Shown here: piece after piece, positions 11,151 through 21,195 of the stretch
How the letters are laid out: each line of letters starts with the position of its first letter
Position numbering within the stretch: the first letter of the stretch is position 1
NCBI GenBank assembly: GCA_028679075.1
Contig: JAJRCF010000011.1
Coordinates: 9,217 to 73,216 of the forward strand
DNA: 64,000 nt
Source of the DNA: Methanoregula sp.
Lineage (GTDB): Archaea > Halobacteriota > Methanomicrobia > Methanomicrobiales > Methanospirillaceae
Reading direction: 5' to 3'
Translations under genes and position numbers: made by a program
The notes under the pieces: model-generated
Database searches by the model: none
The model's input: the letters and a program-made list of their open reading frames with translations, nothing else
What the model was told of the DNA's origin: nothing

Positions 11151-11581
11151 TTTCAGATCCGGATTCGCATTGTATCCAACGGGTACCTTTTACGGAGAAT
11201 GTCATCTTTCCGGGATTCTGTGGGATTAATGTTAATGCTATTCTGTCCTTGGGAATGACCAATGAATGGACTGTATCTTCCAGAATATAGATTGGATTCT
11301 AATCCCACAAGAATGTACGGTGATTTTTCCTTTTATTCTGGCGATGTGAAGGGGAAATTGATATATCAGATTTCGTTTATGAATTGGATCTCTTTCGTTC
11401 CGGTTTTTATTGCCCGTTGACCGGCAGATCCTCAAGCAACACTCCTGAAAACGGATTACAATCTGGTTATGATTTCAGTATAGAGTTTTTATTGTTTCTG
11501 TGTAACCGTTGCAGGTCATGCCCGGTTTTTCAGAGCCGGAGAGTCACCTAAATTTATATCACAAAAATAAACATTAGAATA

Positions 11582-12376
11582 ATGCAAAGAAAAACACACC
11601 AATCCCTGGATGTGGTCATTTTTTGTGGAGGCCGCGGTACCCGGTTGAGTGAAAAAACCCGGGAGATGCCCAAACCTCTCGTAGAACTCGGGGAATACCC
11701 GGTTCTCTGGCATATCATGAAAATTTATTCCGTATATAATCACCGGAAATTCATCCTTACCCTGGGTTATAAAGGTGAGATGATCACCGACTATTTCCTT
11801 AACCGGTATCCCGTTTTGCAGAATTTCAGCATTAACCTTCGTGACATTGTCCCCCCCAAAGCAAAGGACCCGTGGGACATATCATTTATCCAGACAGGTC
11901 TTGAATCAAAAACTGCAAAGAGATTGTTGCTGTGTAAAGATGCGATCAAGACAAGAACATTTCTGGCAACTTATGGGGATGGAGTCGCCGATATCAACCT
12001 GACCAGACTCATCGAACATCATGAAAAATTAAAAAAACAGGAAGGTATTATCGCGACGATCACGATAACCCGACCTTATTCGAAATATGGAATCGTTCAG
12101 CTTAACGGTAATATCATTAAGGAGTTCAGTGAAAAACCCCGGATGAACGAATATATCAATGTCGGATTCATGGTTCTTGAAAAGGAAATATTTGATTATA
12201 TCGATCCTTCAAGTGACGTAATGTTCGAAGAAACTCTGGAAACAATAGCTAAAGATAACCGGCTTGGTTATTATATCCATGATGGATTCTGGCATGCCAT
12301 GGATACCTACAAAGATTATGCGGATATGAATGCTATGTGGAGGAACGATCCGAAATGGAAGATTTGGGAAGACTGA
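11582..12376 (+). CDS. rfbF: Glucose-1-phosphate cytidylyltransferase-like
   Basis: FCGGRGTRLSEKT-x3-PKPLVE, LGYKGEMI, TYGDGVADI, INVGFMV and GFWHAMDT. Confidence 0.8.
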   Translation: MQRKTHQSLDVVIFCGGRGTRLSEKTREMPKPLVELGEYPVLWHIMKIYSVYNHRKFILTLGYKGEMITDYFLNRYPVLQNFSINLRDIVPPKAKDPWDISFIQTGLESKTAKRLLLCKDAIKTRTFLATYGDGVADINLTRLIEHHEKLKKQEGIIATITITRPYSKYGIVQLNGNIIKEFSEKPRMNEYINVGFMVLEKEIFDYIDPSSDVMFEETLETIAKDNRLGYYIHDGFWHAMDTYKDYADMNAMWRNDPKWKIWED

Positions 12377-13359
12377 ATTTTTGGAGAGAAAAACGGGTTT
12401 TTGTTACCGGCGGAACAGGGATCGTTGGCCTCAACCTGATAAACCAGCTCATTGATCTTGAAGCAGAAGTTGTCGTTCTCGTCCGTGACTGGGTTCCCCG
12501 TTCACGGATTCTTGGCTCGTGGCTGCAGGATACACCGGATGTTACTGTTGTAAGGGGAGGACTTGAAGATTTTGACTGCATCCAGCGAACGATTGCCGAG
12601 TATGAAACTGAATGCATCTTCCATCTTGGGGCACAGACCATTGTGAATATCGGGAACCGATCCCCGGTGACAACATTCAAGGCAAATATCCAGGGAACAT
12701 GGAACCTCCTTGAAGCAGTTAGGATTCTGAACTCGTATTCAGATGGTGTAAAGAGCGTCTGTGTAGCATCATCTGACAAGGCCTATGGCACAAGTGAGGT
12801 GCTTCCCTATACAGAAAATATGCCCTTGAAGGGTGAACACCCCTATGACGTGTCCAAGAGTTGTACGGATCTCTTATCCCAATGCTATGCCACAAGTTAC
12901 CAGTTACCCATCAGCGTGGCCCGGATGGGTAATATCTACGGCCCCGGTGATCTGAATTTCAACAGGATTATACCGGGAACAATCAAATCACTTGTTGAGA
13001 AGAAGAGGCCGGTTATCCGGAGTGACGGCAGCCCGGTGCGTGAATACTTTTTTGTCAGTGATGCAGTTGATGCCTATCTTGTTATGGCAGAATTTCTTGA
13101 GAAAAAGAAAAATTATGGTCAGGCATTCAATTTCAGCAGTGGTGAGAAGATCAACGTACTGGATCTGGTAAACAAGATTATTGCCTCATTCGGACTGGAT
13201 GTGACTCCTTTGATCATGAATGATAGTAAAAATGAGATCCGCAACCAGTACTTGTCAATTGATAAAGCCAGACAATTGCTTAACTGGTCTCCAAAATACC
13301 GTCTGGATGAGGGGCTTCAGGACACTATTCCCTGGTACCGGGACAAGGTGTTTGTATGA
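12355..13359 (+). CDS. rfbG: CDP-glucose 4,6-dehydratase-like
   Basis: FWREKRVFVTGGTG, FHLGAQTIV, SSDKAYG and HPYDVSKSC. ATG 12355 preferred over GTG 12337. Confidence 0.75.
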   Translation: MEDLGRLNFWREKRVFVTGGTGIVGLNLINQLIDLEAEVVVLVRDWVPRSRILGSWLQDTPDVTVVRGGLEDFDCIQRTIAEYETECIFHLGAQTIVNIGNRSPVTTFKANIQGTWNLLEAVRILNSYSDGVKSVCVASSDKAYGTSEVLPYTENMPLKGEHPYDVSKSCTDLLSQCYATSYQLPISVARMGNIYGPGDLNFNRIIPGTIKSLVEKKRPVIRSDGSPVREYFFVSDAVDAYLVMAEFLEKKKNYGQAFNFSSGEKINVLDLVNKIIASFGLDVTPLIMNDSKNEIRNQYLSIDKARQLLNWSPKYRLDEGLQDTIPWYRDKVFV

Positions 13360-13548
13360 ACCGCGGCGTCTTGAATAATTCCTTTGAGAACTATCTTGGA
13401 TGAAGGGGGGAATCGTAAGATATCCGATGAATGATTTCATGTTTTCAAAATTAACCGGTCAGAAAATGCAGGATAACCCGATCTGCCAGATCATTACTCG
13501 GACACAAAGGGAAGCTCTGTCCGGGGTAATCACGACAGACCTTAAGGA

Positions 13549-14493
13549 ATGAATATGAAACGAATTCTTGTTACCGGAGCAAACGGATTTATCGGTTCCC
13601 GTCTTGTGAAGAAACTACTTGACCGTGGTTATGATGTAGGTATACTAGTACGCGAATCTTCCGATCTCAGATCTATTGACACGATTCTTGATCGAATCAG
13701 CGTATTTCGTGGTGATATCCGGAATTGTGAGGACGTATCCGATACAGTAGTGAAATTTATTCCTGACGTTGTCATGCATCTTGTGACATACTATGCAGTG
13801 GAACATTCCTCTTCGGAAGTAAATGTCATGGTGGAAACAAATGTCATGGGGACGATCAACCTGCTGGAAGCTGCACGGATGAATAAGGTAAAACTTTTTA
13901 TAAATACCAGTACCTGTGCAGTTTATGAACAGCAGGACCGGGCATTATCTGAACAAGATCCCGTCAGCCCCCAGAATCTCTATGCGTTGACTAAACTCCA
14001 GGCAGAAGAAGCATGCAGGTTTTATGCTCTCAACTATAGTGTCGACGGAATCACACTAAGATTGTTTCCTCCCTACGGACCGGGTGATCATGAACGGCGA
14101 CTAATTCCCTATCTCATCCATGCATTCTCAACGAATCAAACCCCCCAGATAACATCGGGTGAGCAGAAATGGGATTTTATCTTTGTCGATGATATTGTCG
14201 ATGCATATATCGCAGTCCTCACAACATACCCTTTTAGGGAACGCTATGATGTGATTAATATTGGGACGGGAAACCCCCGAAGCGTCAGGCAGATTGTTCA
14301 ATCCATTATGAAGCTGATGAACAAAGATATTGAATTGTCCTGGGGTGTACTCCCCCACCGAAAGAATGAATTGTGGTATAATTCATCCGATAATAAAAAA
14401 GCAGAAGATCTCCTCGGCTGGAAACCAGTTACCGATATCCATGATGGGCTTCGTATGACAATAGAATATTTTTCACAGGAAAGGAATGTATAA
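13549..14493 (+). CDS. NAD-dependent epimerase/4-ketoreductase (CDP-abequose/paratose-synthase-like SDR)
   Basis: TGANGFIG, YALTK, LRLFPPYGPGD and WDFIFVDD. Confidence 0.75.
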   Translation: MNMKRILVTGANGFIGSRLVKKLLDRGYDVGILVRESSDLRSIDTILDRISVFRGDIRNCEDVSDTVVKFIPDVVMHLVTYYAVEHSSSEVNVMVETNVMGTINLLEAARMNKVKLFINTSTCAVYEQQDRALSEQDPVSPQNLYALTKLQAEEACRFYALNYSVDGITLRLFPPYGPGDHERRLIPYLIHAFSTNQTPQITSGEQKWDFIFVDDIVDAYIAVLTTYPFRERYDVINIGTGNPRSVRQIVQSIMKLMNKDIELSWGVLPHRKNELWYNSSDNKKAEDLLGWKPVTDIHDGLRMTIEYFSQERNV

Positions 14494-14495
14494 TC

Positions 14496-15548
14496 GTGGC
14501 TATAGTATCTGAAACCCCTTCAAATCAGGTGTCTCCATGGCATGGTCCCCTTGTCTCCATATGTATTCCCACTTATAACCGGGCAGATCTGATTACGACT
14601 GCCATTGAGAGCGCCTTAAGCCAGTCATATCGCAATATTGAGGTCCTTGTTGTGGACAATGCATCAACAGATTCAACGAATAAAGTAATTGCCCGTTATA
14701 ATGATGAACGGCTTCGTTATGTAAAAAACGAGAAAAACCTTGGCCTTTTCGGAAATTTTAATCGTTGTATTGAACTTGCCGGTGGTAAGTATATTCATAT
14801 TCTTCATTCGGATGATTGTATAGACCGGAAATTCACGGAGACCTGCGTTGATTTTTTAGAGGCCCATCCTGATGTAGCCATGACATTTGGTTCAGTTGAG
14901 CCATTCGTCAACAGCGGCGAGAGAAAAAATCGTCAATCGTCACCTCCGGTTATTTACCCGGTGCCCGAGGGATTCAGGAAAACACTGGAAGCCCGTAATT
15001 TCATAAGCTGCCCGACGGTTATGATGCGCAAGGACGTGTATGATTCTTATGGATATTATTCGCTTGAATATCCATATTCCGGAGATTTCTATCATTGGCT
15101 TCGTATTACCCGGCACTTCTCTGTGGCGTCCGTCCCGGATGCCAGACTCTATTACCGTACCGGTGATCATTCGGAGTCTTTCCTGCTGTTGTTTAAAACA
15201 CCCCTGGGATATATCGATATGATAAAGATCTATGTTCGTATCATCGATGAACTGGGTGAAGATCGGAGATTCTACCAGCGTGAACTTAACGCTGCATGTC
15301 AGCGACATATGCGTGATTGCCTGTTTGCAGGTATTGCCCGATATGAATCCATGACCGGGTATTCCTCCCTGATCTTTATTGGTTTTGCATTAAGCATGTG
15401 GTCCCTTATGAAACCCCAGTCAGTATCAGAGTGGATAAATAAAACCGGGAATTTTTTCCTGATTAGCGCAATAGCCTGTTTAACACTCGTTCCCGGGGGG
15501 CAATACATAACGAGAAAAATTTTCAGACTCGATACGAAAGGCTACTAA
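14496..15548 (+). CDS. Glycosyltransferase family 2 (GT-A)
   Basis: VSICIPTYNR, VVDNASTD and ILHSDD (DxD); hydrophobic C-terminus. Confidence 0.93.
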   Translation: MAIVSETPSNQVSPWHGPLVSICIPTYNRADLITTAIESALSQSYRNIEVLVVDNASTDSTNKVIARYNDERLRYVKNEKNLGLFGNFNRCIELAGGKYIHILHSDDCIDRKFTETCVDFLEAHPDVAMTFGSVEPFVNSGERKNRQSSPPVIYPVPEGFRKTLEARNFISCPTVMMRKDVYDSYGYYSLEYPYSGDFYHWLRITRHFSVASVPDARLYYRTGDHSESFLLLFKTPLGYIDMIKIYVRIIDELGEDRRFYQRELNAACQRHMRDCLFAGIARYESMTGYSSLIFIGFALSMWSLMKPQSVSEWINKTGNFFLISAIACLTLVPGGQYITRKIFRLDTKGY

Positions 15549-15998
15549 CTCTCCTCCTTCTTTTAATTAATAATGTTAACCTGCGATCCTCCGGAATTTC
15601 CTTGTTTTTGCCGTTTGAACTGTTTTATTGTCGAGAATAACCGGTACGTACCTGATGATACTTACTGATCCGTCTGCTGATTGTAACAATCCCGTTCGCG
15701 TTTCACGCAAAAAGATCTGTAATACTGATCTCCGGAATGAGTTGATAAGATCTGAATAAGCGTTCCTTCGGGAACAAGACGCGTATGCTGGAAATGAGTT
15801 TCGGGAAGTGCATTTATATCATGATTTTTCCCACGTGGAAATAGTTGATTTGTATCGAGGAAATTTCACGTGACAGAGATCCCTCGGAACTGCCACCTGG
15901 CTAAAATAGTCCTTTTGTATTTAATTATTGAGAATTTTCTTTCGGTCAGACCTTCGAAAGAGATAATAAAGTCTGCATTACATTATGTTGGGTAAGAA

Positions 15999-17234
15999 AT
16001 GAGTGAAAATCCACATATTTGCCGGTCCTGCGGGTCCGACGCATTAAAACCCATCATATCCCTGGGTGATCAACCCCTTGCCAATGCATTACGTACTGAA
16101 AAGGATCTGCCTATCCCTCAGAAAAAATATCCCTTGGAATTGGTTTTTTGCCCGAATTGCTCCCTGGTACAGATTACCGAGACAGTAAACCCGGAAGAAT
16201 TGTTTTCTGAATATCTTTATTTCTCTTCCTACTCAGATACCATGCTCCGGCATGCCCAATCTCTCTCTGCCCGCATTACCGAAAAGTACCATCTTTCGAA
16301 TGACTCTCTTGTAATTGAAATTGCGAGTAATGACGGATACCTGCTCCAGTATTTTAAAAAAGGAGGTATCCCGGTCTTAGGGATTGATCCCGCAAAAAAT
16401 ATTGTAAAAGTTGCCGAAGAGAAAGGAATTCCTACAAAATGCGCCTTTTTTAATCTCGAGACTGCCCGGGAACTGCGTAATGAAGGAAAGACCGGTGATA
16501 TCCTGCTGGGTCTCAATGTCCTTGCCCATCTGGCGGATCTCTCTGGTTTTATTGAAGGTGTGAAGATCCTTCTCAAGGAAAACGGAACCGCCGTTTTCGA
16601 AGTACCCTATGTTCGGGATATGATTACCCGAAATGAATTCGATACCATCTACCATGAGCATCTCTATTATTACTCGCTCATCTCTTTGAGAAATTTATTC
16701 AAAAACCACAATCTTGAAATTGTGGATGCAGAACAGGTTCCTGTCCATGGCGGTTCCCTGAGGGTATTTGTGCAGCATCACAAAGCCAGTATCCATCCAA
16801 GCACTCGGCTTGAGTCATTGCTGGCGGAAGAATATGAAGTGGGCCTCGATAAATTACGATATTATGAAGAATTCGGAAGAGAAGTTACACATCTCAAAGC
16901 CGATACCCTTACACTGTTGGCAGAATTAAAATCCCGGGGTAAAACCATTGTAGCATATGGTGCTGCAGCAAAAGGTAGTACCCTCCTGAATTATTACGGG
17001 ATTACCAAAGAAACCATAGATTATATCGGGGATCGCAGTCCGTATAAACAAGGGAAATATTTACCCGGTACACAAATTCCTATCGTCTCTCCGGACACTA
17101 TTGCTGAAACAAAGCCCGATTATATTTTCATTTTGCCTTGGAATCTCAAAGATGAGATTATGGATCAGTTAAAATATATAAAGGGCTGGGGGGGACACTA
17201 TATCATCCCAATCCCCCGTATCCAGGTGATATAA
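15999..17234 (+). CDS. NDP-hexose C-methyltransferase (SAM-dependent, Zn-binding N-terminus)
   Basis: CRSCGS and CPNCSLVQ zinc motif, EIASNDG, YHEHLYYYS, HGGSLR and YGAAAKG C-terminal domain. Confidence 0.88.
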   Translation: MSENPHICRSCGSDALKPIISLGDQPLANALRTEKDLPIPQKKYPLELVFCPNCSLVQITETVNPEELFSEYLYFSSYSDTMLRHAQSLSARITEKYHLSNDSLVIEIASNDGYLLQYFKKGGIPVLGIDPAKNIVKVAEEKGIPTKCAFFNLETARELRNEGKTGDILLGLNVLAHLADLSGFIEGVKILLKENGTAVFEVPYVRDMITRNEFDTIYHEHLYYYSLISLRNLFKNHNLEIVDAEQVPVHGGSLRVFVQHHKASIHPSTRLESLLAEEYEVGLDKLRYYEEFGREVTHLKADTLTLLAELKSRGKTIVAYGAAAKGSTLLNYYGITKETIDYIGDRSPYKQGKYLPGTQIPIVSPDTIAETKPDYIFILPWNLKDEIMDQLKYIKGWGGHYIIPIPRIQVI

Positions 17235-17236
17235 TA

Positions 17237-17767
17237 GTGATTTTCACTAAGACCCCCATCCATAATGTTTTTCTTATTCAGCCAGTGCCACTGCCCGATG
17301 AACGGGGTTTTTTTGCACGGACCTTCTGCAGGGAGGAATTTAAAGAACATGGACTCGATATTGAGATTGTCCAGTGCAATATTTCTCATAACAAAAAAAA
17401 AGGAACCCTGCGGGGAATGCATTACCAGATTCCGCCTTTTGAAGAAGCAAAGATAATATCCTGTACCAGAGGATCTATTTTTGATGTTGTGGTTGACCTG
17501 CGGAAAGATTCGCCGACATACCTCAACTGGCATGCGGAAAAATTAATTTCTGATTCAGATCGGATGCTTTACATTCCGAAAGGGTGTGCCCATGGTTTCC
17601 AGACGCTTGAGGATAATTCTCTTGTATACTACCAGATGGGAGAGTATTTTCACCCGGAATGCGCAAGAGGCTTGCGATGGAATGATCCTACGATCGGGAT
17701 TGTCTGGCCGGTTTCTATAATGGCTCTATCTGAAAAAGATAAAAGTTATGCGGATTTTGAAAAATAA
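17237..17767 (+). CDS. rfbC: NDP-4-keto-6-deoxyhexose 3,5-epimerase (RmlC/RfbC cupin)
   Basis: DERGFFARTF, KGTLRGMHYQ, DLRKDSPTY and LYIPKGCAHGFQTL. Confidence 0.9.
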   Translation: MIFTKTPIHNVFLIQPVPLPDERGFFARTFCREEFKEHGLDIEIVQCNISHNKKKGTLRGMHYQIPPFEEAKIISCTRGSIFDVVVDLRKDSPTYLNWHAEKLISDSDRMLYIPKGCAHGFQTLEDNSLVYYQMGEYFHPECARGLRWNDPTIGIVWPVSIMALSEKDKSYADFEK

Positions 17768-17918
17768 ATCAGGATTTTCTCACTAACGAACATTATCTTA
17801 TCGTTAAAAAGAGGAAAATATCAAGTCTCAAGACTTGCCCTGTTCTACAACCACTAATTTAATCTGTGTATACGCCGTGATATTATTTCCAAAGATATTT
17901 TATAGGTGCTATTACCGT

Positions 17919-19178
17919 ATGATTGATACCATAATTAAAAAAAATTCTGAACACTATTTTTGGATTATTGGCGGGGGTCTCCTACAATATCCTTTGATCC
18001 AAGAAGTTGATGATCTTGGATGTAAAGTGATTGTTTCAGATCGTAACCCGGAATGCATTTGTGCAAAAAAAGCAACCATCTTTCTTCCAATAGATATATT
18101 CGATGTTCAGAAACATCTCGAAGAAGGTTTTAAGCTAAAGGCATCTGGCATCAAAATTGACGGTGTGCTTGCGGCGGGCATTGATGCGACCGTGACCATG
18201 GCGGTGCTGGCACGGTCGCTCAATCTGCCCGGTGTTGATCCGGAGATCGCGTATATCACCAATAATAAGAACCTCTTCCGGGAAACGCTCCAGAAGTTGG
18301 GTTATCCCGTACCGAAATTCAGAGTGATTTCAGAATCAGATATAGGAAACATTGAATCCATCGCCAGCGAGATCGGGTATCCATTGATTATAAAAAATAC
18401 GGACAGCAGCGGCAGCCGGGGCACAAAGATATTTCTTAAGGAAGATCCTGAAGACATGCGGCTGATTGCAAAAACGGCAATTGTAGCATCCCGATCAAAA
18501 AGGGCCCTTGTTGAGGAATGCTGGATGGGTGAAGAATTTACGGTAGAAACCATTTTTGATAATAACGGCGGGTTCCATCCATGCTTCATTACGGATCGTT
18601 TTTTCGATAAGTCCCGGGGATATGCAATAGAACTGGGTCTTGGACACCCGACGAGATTACCTCCGGAAATACAACAGGAAATGTATGATCTTGTCAGGAA
18701 TGTTTCCCGGGACCTTGGGATAAAAATCGGTGCCGCGAAAGCTGACATGATTCTGACGCCAAAGGGACCACGTATTATCGAGATGACGGTACGCCTGTCA
18801 GGTGGTTTTGACTGCCAGTATCTCGTCCCGGCGACAACGGGAAAGAATGTCATGAGGGCGGCAATATTAACCGCTCTTGGAAAACCATTTCCTGAAAGTC
18901 TGCTTGTTGATAAAAAGCATCGCGTTGGCAGGACTGCCTCCATCTGGCCGGAACCCGGTAAAATTGTGAGAATCTCGGGTGTTGAAGAGGCATTGAAAAT
19001 TCCCGGTGTTGAGCACATTTTCTTCCGGTATAATGTCGGGGATACCATCGAACCTTACATGGATTGCACACGAAGAGTATGTTTTATTATTGTAACAGGC
19101 AGGGATGCACCAGATGCTGAAAAAACAATGAAGATTGCAATTGGGAAAATCCAGATCGATATCAAAAGGGAGCGATAA
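17919..19178 (+). CDS. ATP-grasp enzyme, L-amino-acid-ligase-like
   Basis: YPLIIKNTDSSGSRG, LVEECWMGEEFTVE and IIEMTVRLSGG, plus a LAL_C2-like C-terminus. ATG 17919 preferred over the longer ORF start. Confidence 0.8.
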   Translation: MIDTIIKKNSEHYFWIIGGGLLQYPLIQEVDDLGCKVIVSDRNPECICAKKATIFLPIDIFDVQKHLEEGFKLKASGIKIDGVLAAGIDATVTMAVLARSLNLPGVDPEIAYITNNKNLFRETLQKLGYPVPKFRVISESDIGNIESIASEIGYPLIIKNTDSSGSRGTKIFLKEDPEDMRLIAKTAIVASRSKRALVEECWMGEEFTVETIFDNNGGFHPCFITDRFFDKSRGYAIELGLGHPTRLPPEIQQEMYDLVRNVSRDLGIKIGAAKADMILTPKGPRIIEMTVRLSGGFDCQYLVPATTGKNVMRAAILTALGKPFPESLLVDKKHRVGRTASIWPEPGKIVRISGVEEALKIPGVEHIFFRYNVGDTIEPYMDCTRRVCFIIVTGRDAPDAEKTMKIAIGKIQIDIKRER

Positions 19179-19179
19179 T

Positions 19180-20283
19180 TTGAGAAGGGTCCTGTTAGTA
19201 TATGGAGCGGGTGCAATAGGCCGTGGTTATTTACCTTGGGTTTTCTCACCGCAGGAGTTCGATTATTATTATGTTGAGACAAATCCGGCAATCGCGAACC
19301 TCATAAACACCCAAAAACAGTTTACCACCTGCAGAATCCGGAATGGTGCTTATGAATGCATGACCGTGCCTGTCGTGCAGTGCTTCAGGCCCGGCGAAGA
19401 GACTGCAGTCATCGATAAAGCAGATGCAATTGTCACTGCGGTCGGACCAAGAAACATCTACCCGCTCAGCGAGAGCATAAAGGGGACGACAAAACCCGTG
19501 ATCTGTTGCGAGAATGATGCATCGATCCCCTCCCTTATTACTACCCTGACGGGAAATCCCAACGTAGTTTTTGCTATCCCCGATGTCATCACGTCAAATA
19601 CCGCCCCCCCGGAATTGCTGAATAAGGATCCTTTGAGCATTGTCACAGAAGACGGCACTTGTTACATTGATGAGCGCGTCTCATACCTTGGCGGGAACTG
19701 CATTTACATAAACCAGGATGAGCTTTCGAAGCAATGGATGGCGAAATTGTATCTCCATAATACCCCCCATTGCATTGCGGCATATCTCGGGTATATCCTT
19801 CAGGTCAACTATCTACACGAATCGATGAAAAATCCTCATGTCGACAGAATTGTGACCGGTGCAATGAATGAGATGCAACAACTTCTTGCAAAAAAATTTT
19901 TCATTGATCAGCAGTTTATCGGTTGGTACGCAGACAAAGAACTTCAGCGTTTCAGGAACTCGCTGCTATTTGATCCCATCAGCAGGGTTGCACGTGAACC
20001 CTTCCGTAAGCTCGCTCCGAATGAGCGATTGATAGGAGCTGCCCAGTTATGTGTCAGCTGCGGGATCATACCTCAGAATATCCTTCTGGGGATAATGGCA
20101 GCATTCTGTTATGATAACCCGGCTGATCCTGATGTTAATATCAAGTACCTCATGGATTCGCTCGCTCCAAAAGATTTCCTGAGGATTGCCATGCAGCTCA
20201 GGCCTGGAGAAGCACTTTACGAACTCCTGCTCAAGCGGTGGGACAATGATATTGGAACACTGAGGAACCTGAATGATATCTGA
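19180..20283 (+). CDS. Mannitol-1-phosphate 5-dehydrogenase-like (polyol-specific long-chain dehydrogenase)
   Basis: YGAGAIGRG, VTAVG, ICCEN, KLYLHNTPH, RFRN and RVAREPFRKL-x4-RL all match MtlD motifs. TTG start one base after the upstream stop. Confidence 0.8.
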   Translation: MRRVLLVYGAGAIGRGYLPWVFSPQEFDYYYVETNPAIANLINTQKQFTTCRIRNGAYECMTVPVVQCFRPGEETAVIDKADAIVTAVGPRNIYPLSESIKGTTKPVICCENDASIPSLITTLTGNPNVVFAIPDVITSNTAPPELLNKDPLSIVTEDGTCYIDERVSYLGGNCIYINQDELSKQWMAKLYLHNTPHCIAAYLGYILQVNYLHESMKNPHVDRIVTGAMNEMQQLLAKKFFIDQQFIGWYADKELQRFRNSLLFDPISRVAREPFRKLAPNERLIGAAQLCVSCGIIPQNILLGIMAAFCYDNPADPDVNIKYLMDSLAPKDFLRIAMQLRPGEALYELLLKRWDNDIGTLRNLNDI

Positions 20284-21067
20284 ACGTGAAAAAACTCTTG
20301 AACTGGCGATGAAAGCTGCCGTATCCGCCGGCAGCCTCCTGTTGGAATATTCAGGCGACCGTGTCAAGACCTCCCCGAAAGAATCTCTGCGGGATATCGT
20401 AACCGAAGTTGACATGTATGCGGAAAAAAAGGTCATCAGCATACTCCGGAAGGCGGATCCCGGATGCCAGATCCTCACTGAAGAGACCGGCCGGCTTACC
20501 GGGACCCGCGGGGATAAATTATGGATTGTGGATGCCCTTGACGGCACAGTCAACTACGTCAACCACATCCCTCTTTATAATGTATCGATTTCATGTGTCG
20601 AAAAAGGCAATCCGGTTGTGGGAGTTATCTATAACCCGGTACTTGGTGACCTTTACTATGGTGCGGAAGGCTATGGTGTGTACCGGAATCACGTTCGGAT
20701 CAAAGTGAAGGATGGTGTTCCAGGGGAGTGCTTGTTTGCTGCCGCATTCTCTGGGAAAAAATATGATCCGGCAAGCAGGAGTGAAGAGTTCCTTGCATTT
20801 GAAAAAGTAAACGATACGTCAAGAGGCTGCCTTCGCACAGGTTCTGCATCCCTCAACCTTTCCTATGTTGCTGAAGGGCGGTTGGGTGGTTGCTGGGGTA
20901 AAGCAAACAAGATCTGGGATATCGCGGCAGGAATAATCATTGCGAATCTTGCTGGTGCCCATGTTGAATATCATTATCTTAATCCTGAAAAAAGCCTCGT
21001 CAGCTACGCCGTTGCAGTACCTTCTGCGTGGGACTATTTATCCGGAATAGTCCTGCCCCGGAAATAA
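20273..21067 (+). CDS. Inositol monophosphatase family (FIG) phosphatase
   Basis: DIVTEVD, LTEE, WIVDALDGTVNY and WDIAAG motifs. Confidence 0.9.
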   Translation: MISEREKTLELAMKAAVSAGSLLLEYSGDRVKTSPKESLRDIVTEVDMYAEKKVISILRKADPGCQILTEETGRLTGTRGDKLWIVDALDGTVNYVNHIPLYNVSISCVEKGNPVVGVIYNPVLGDLYYGAEGYGVYRNHVRIKVKDGVPGECLFAAAFSGKKYDPASRSEEFLAFEKVNDTSRGCLRTGSASLNLSYVAEGRLGGCWGKANKIWDIAAGIIIANLAGAHVEYHYLNPEKSLVSYAVAVPSAWDYLSGIVLPRK

Positions 21068-21195
21068 TTATGATTTGTTTTTCCAGAGTCGCAACCATTA
21101 CCAAAATCGTTTGAAATTTTTTTGAGATCTCATCATGAATTTGGCTTAAATTTTCTGGCAAATTATTAAAACTGAAAAAGGTCTGTTTACTGATA

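Noticed and set aside
15549-15998. 450-bp spacer with two CACGTG-centred imperfect palindromes
   Set aside because: The arms are short, there is no ORF or IS remnant, and it fits an ordinary promoter region.
17393-17401. A9 homopolymer in rfbC as a possible phase-variation tract
   Set aside because: It encodes the family-typical HNKKKGTLRG segment and the frame is intact.
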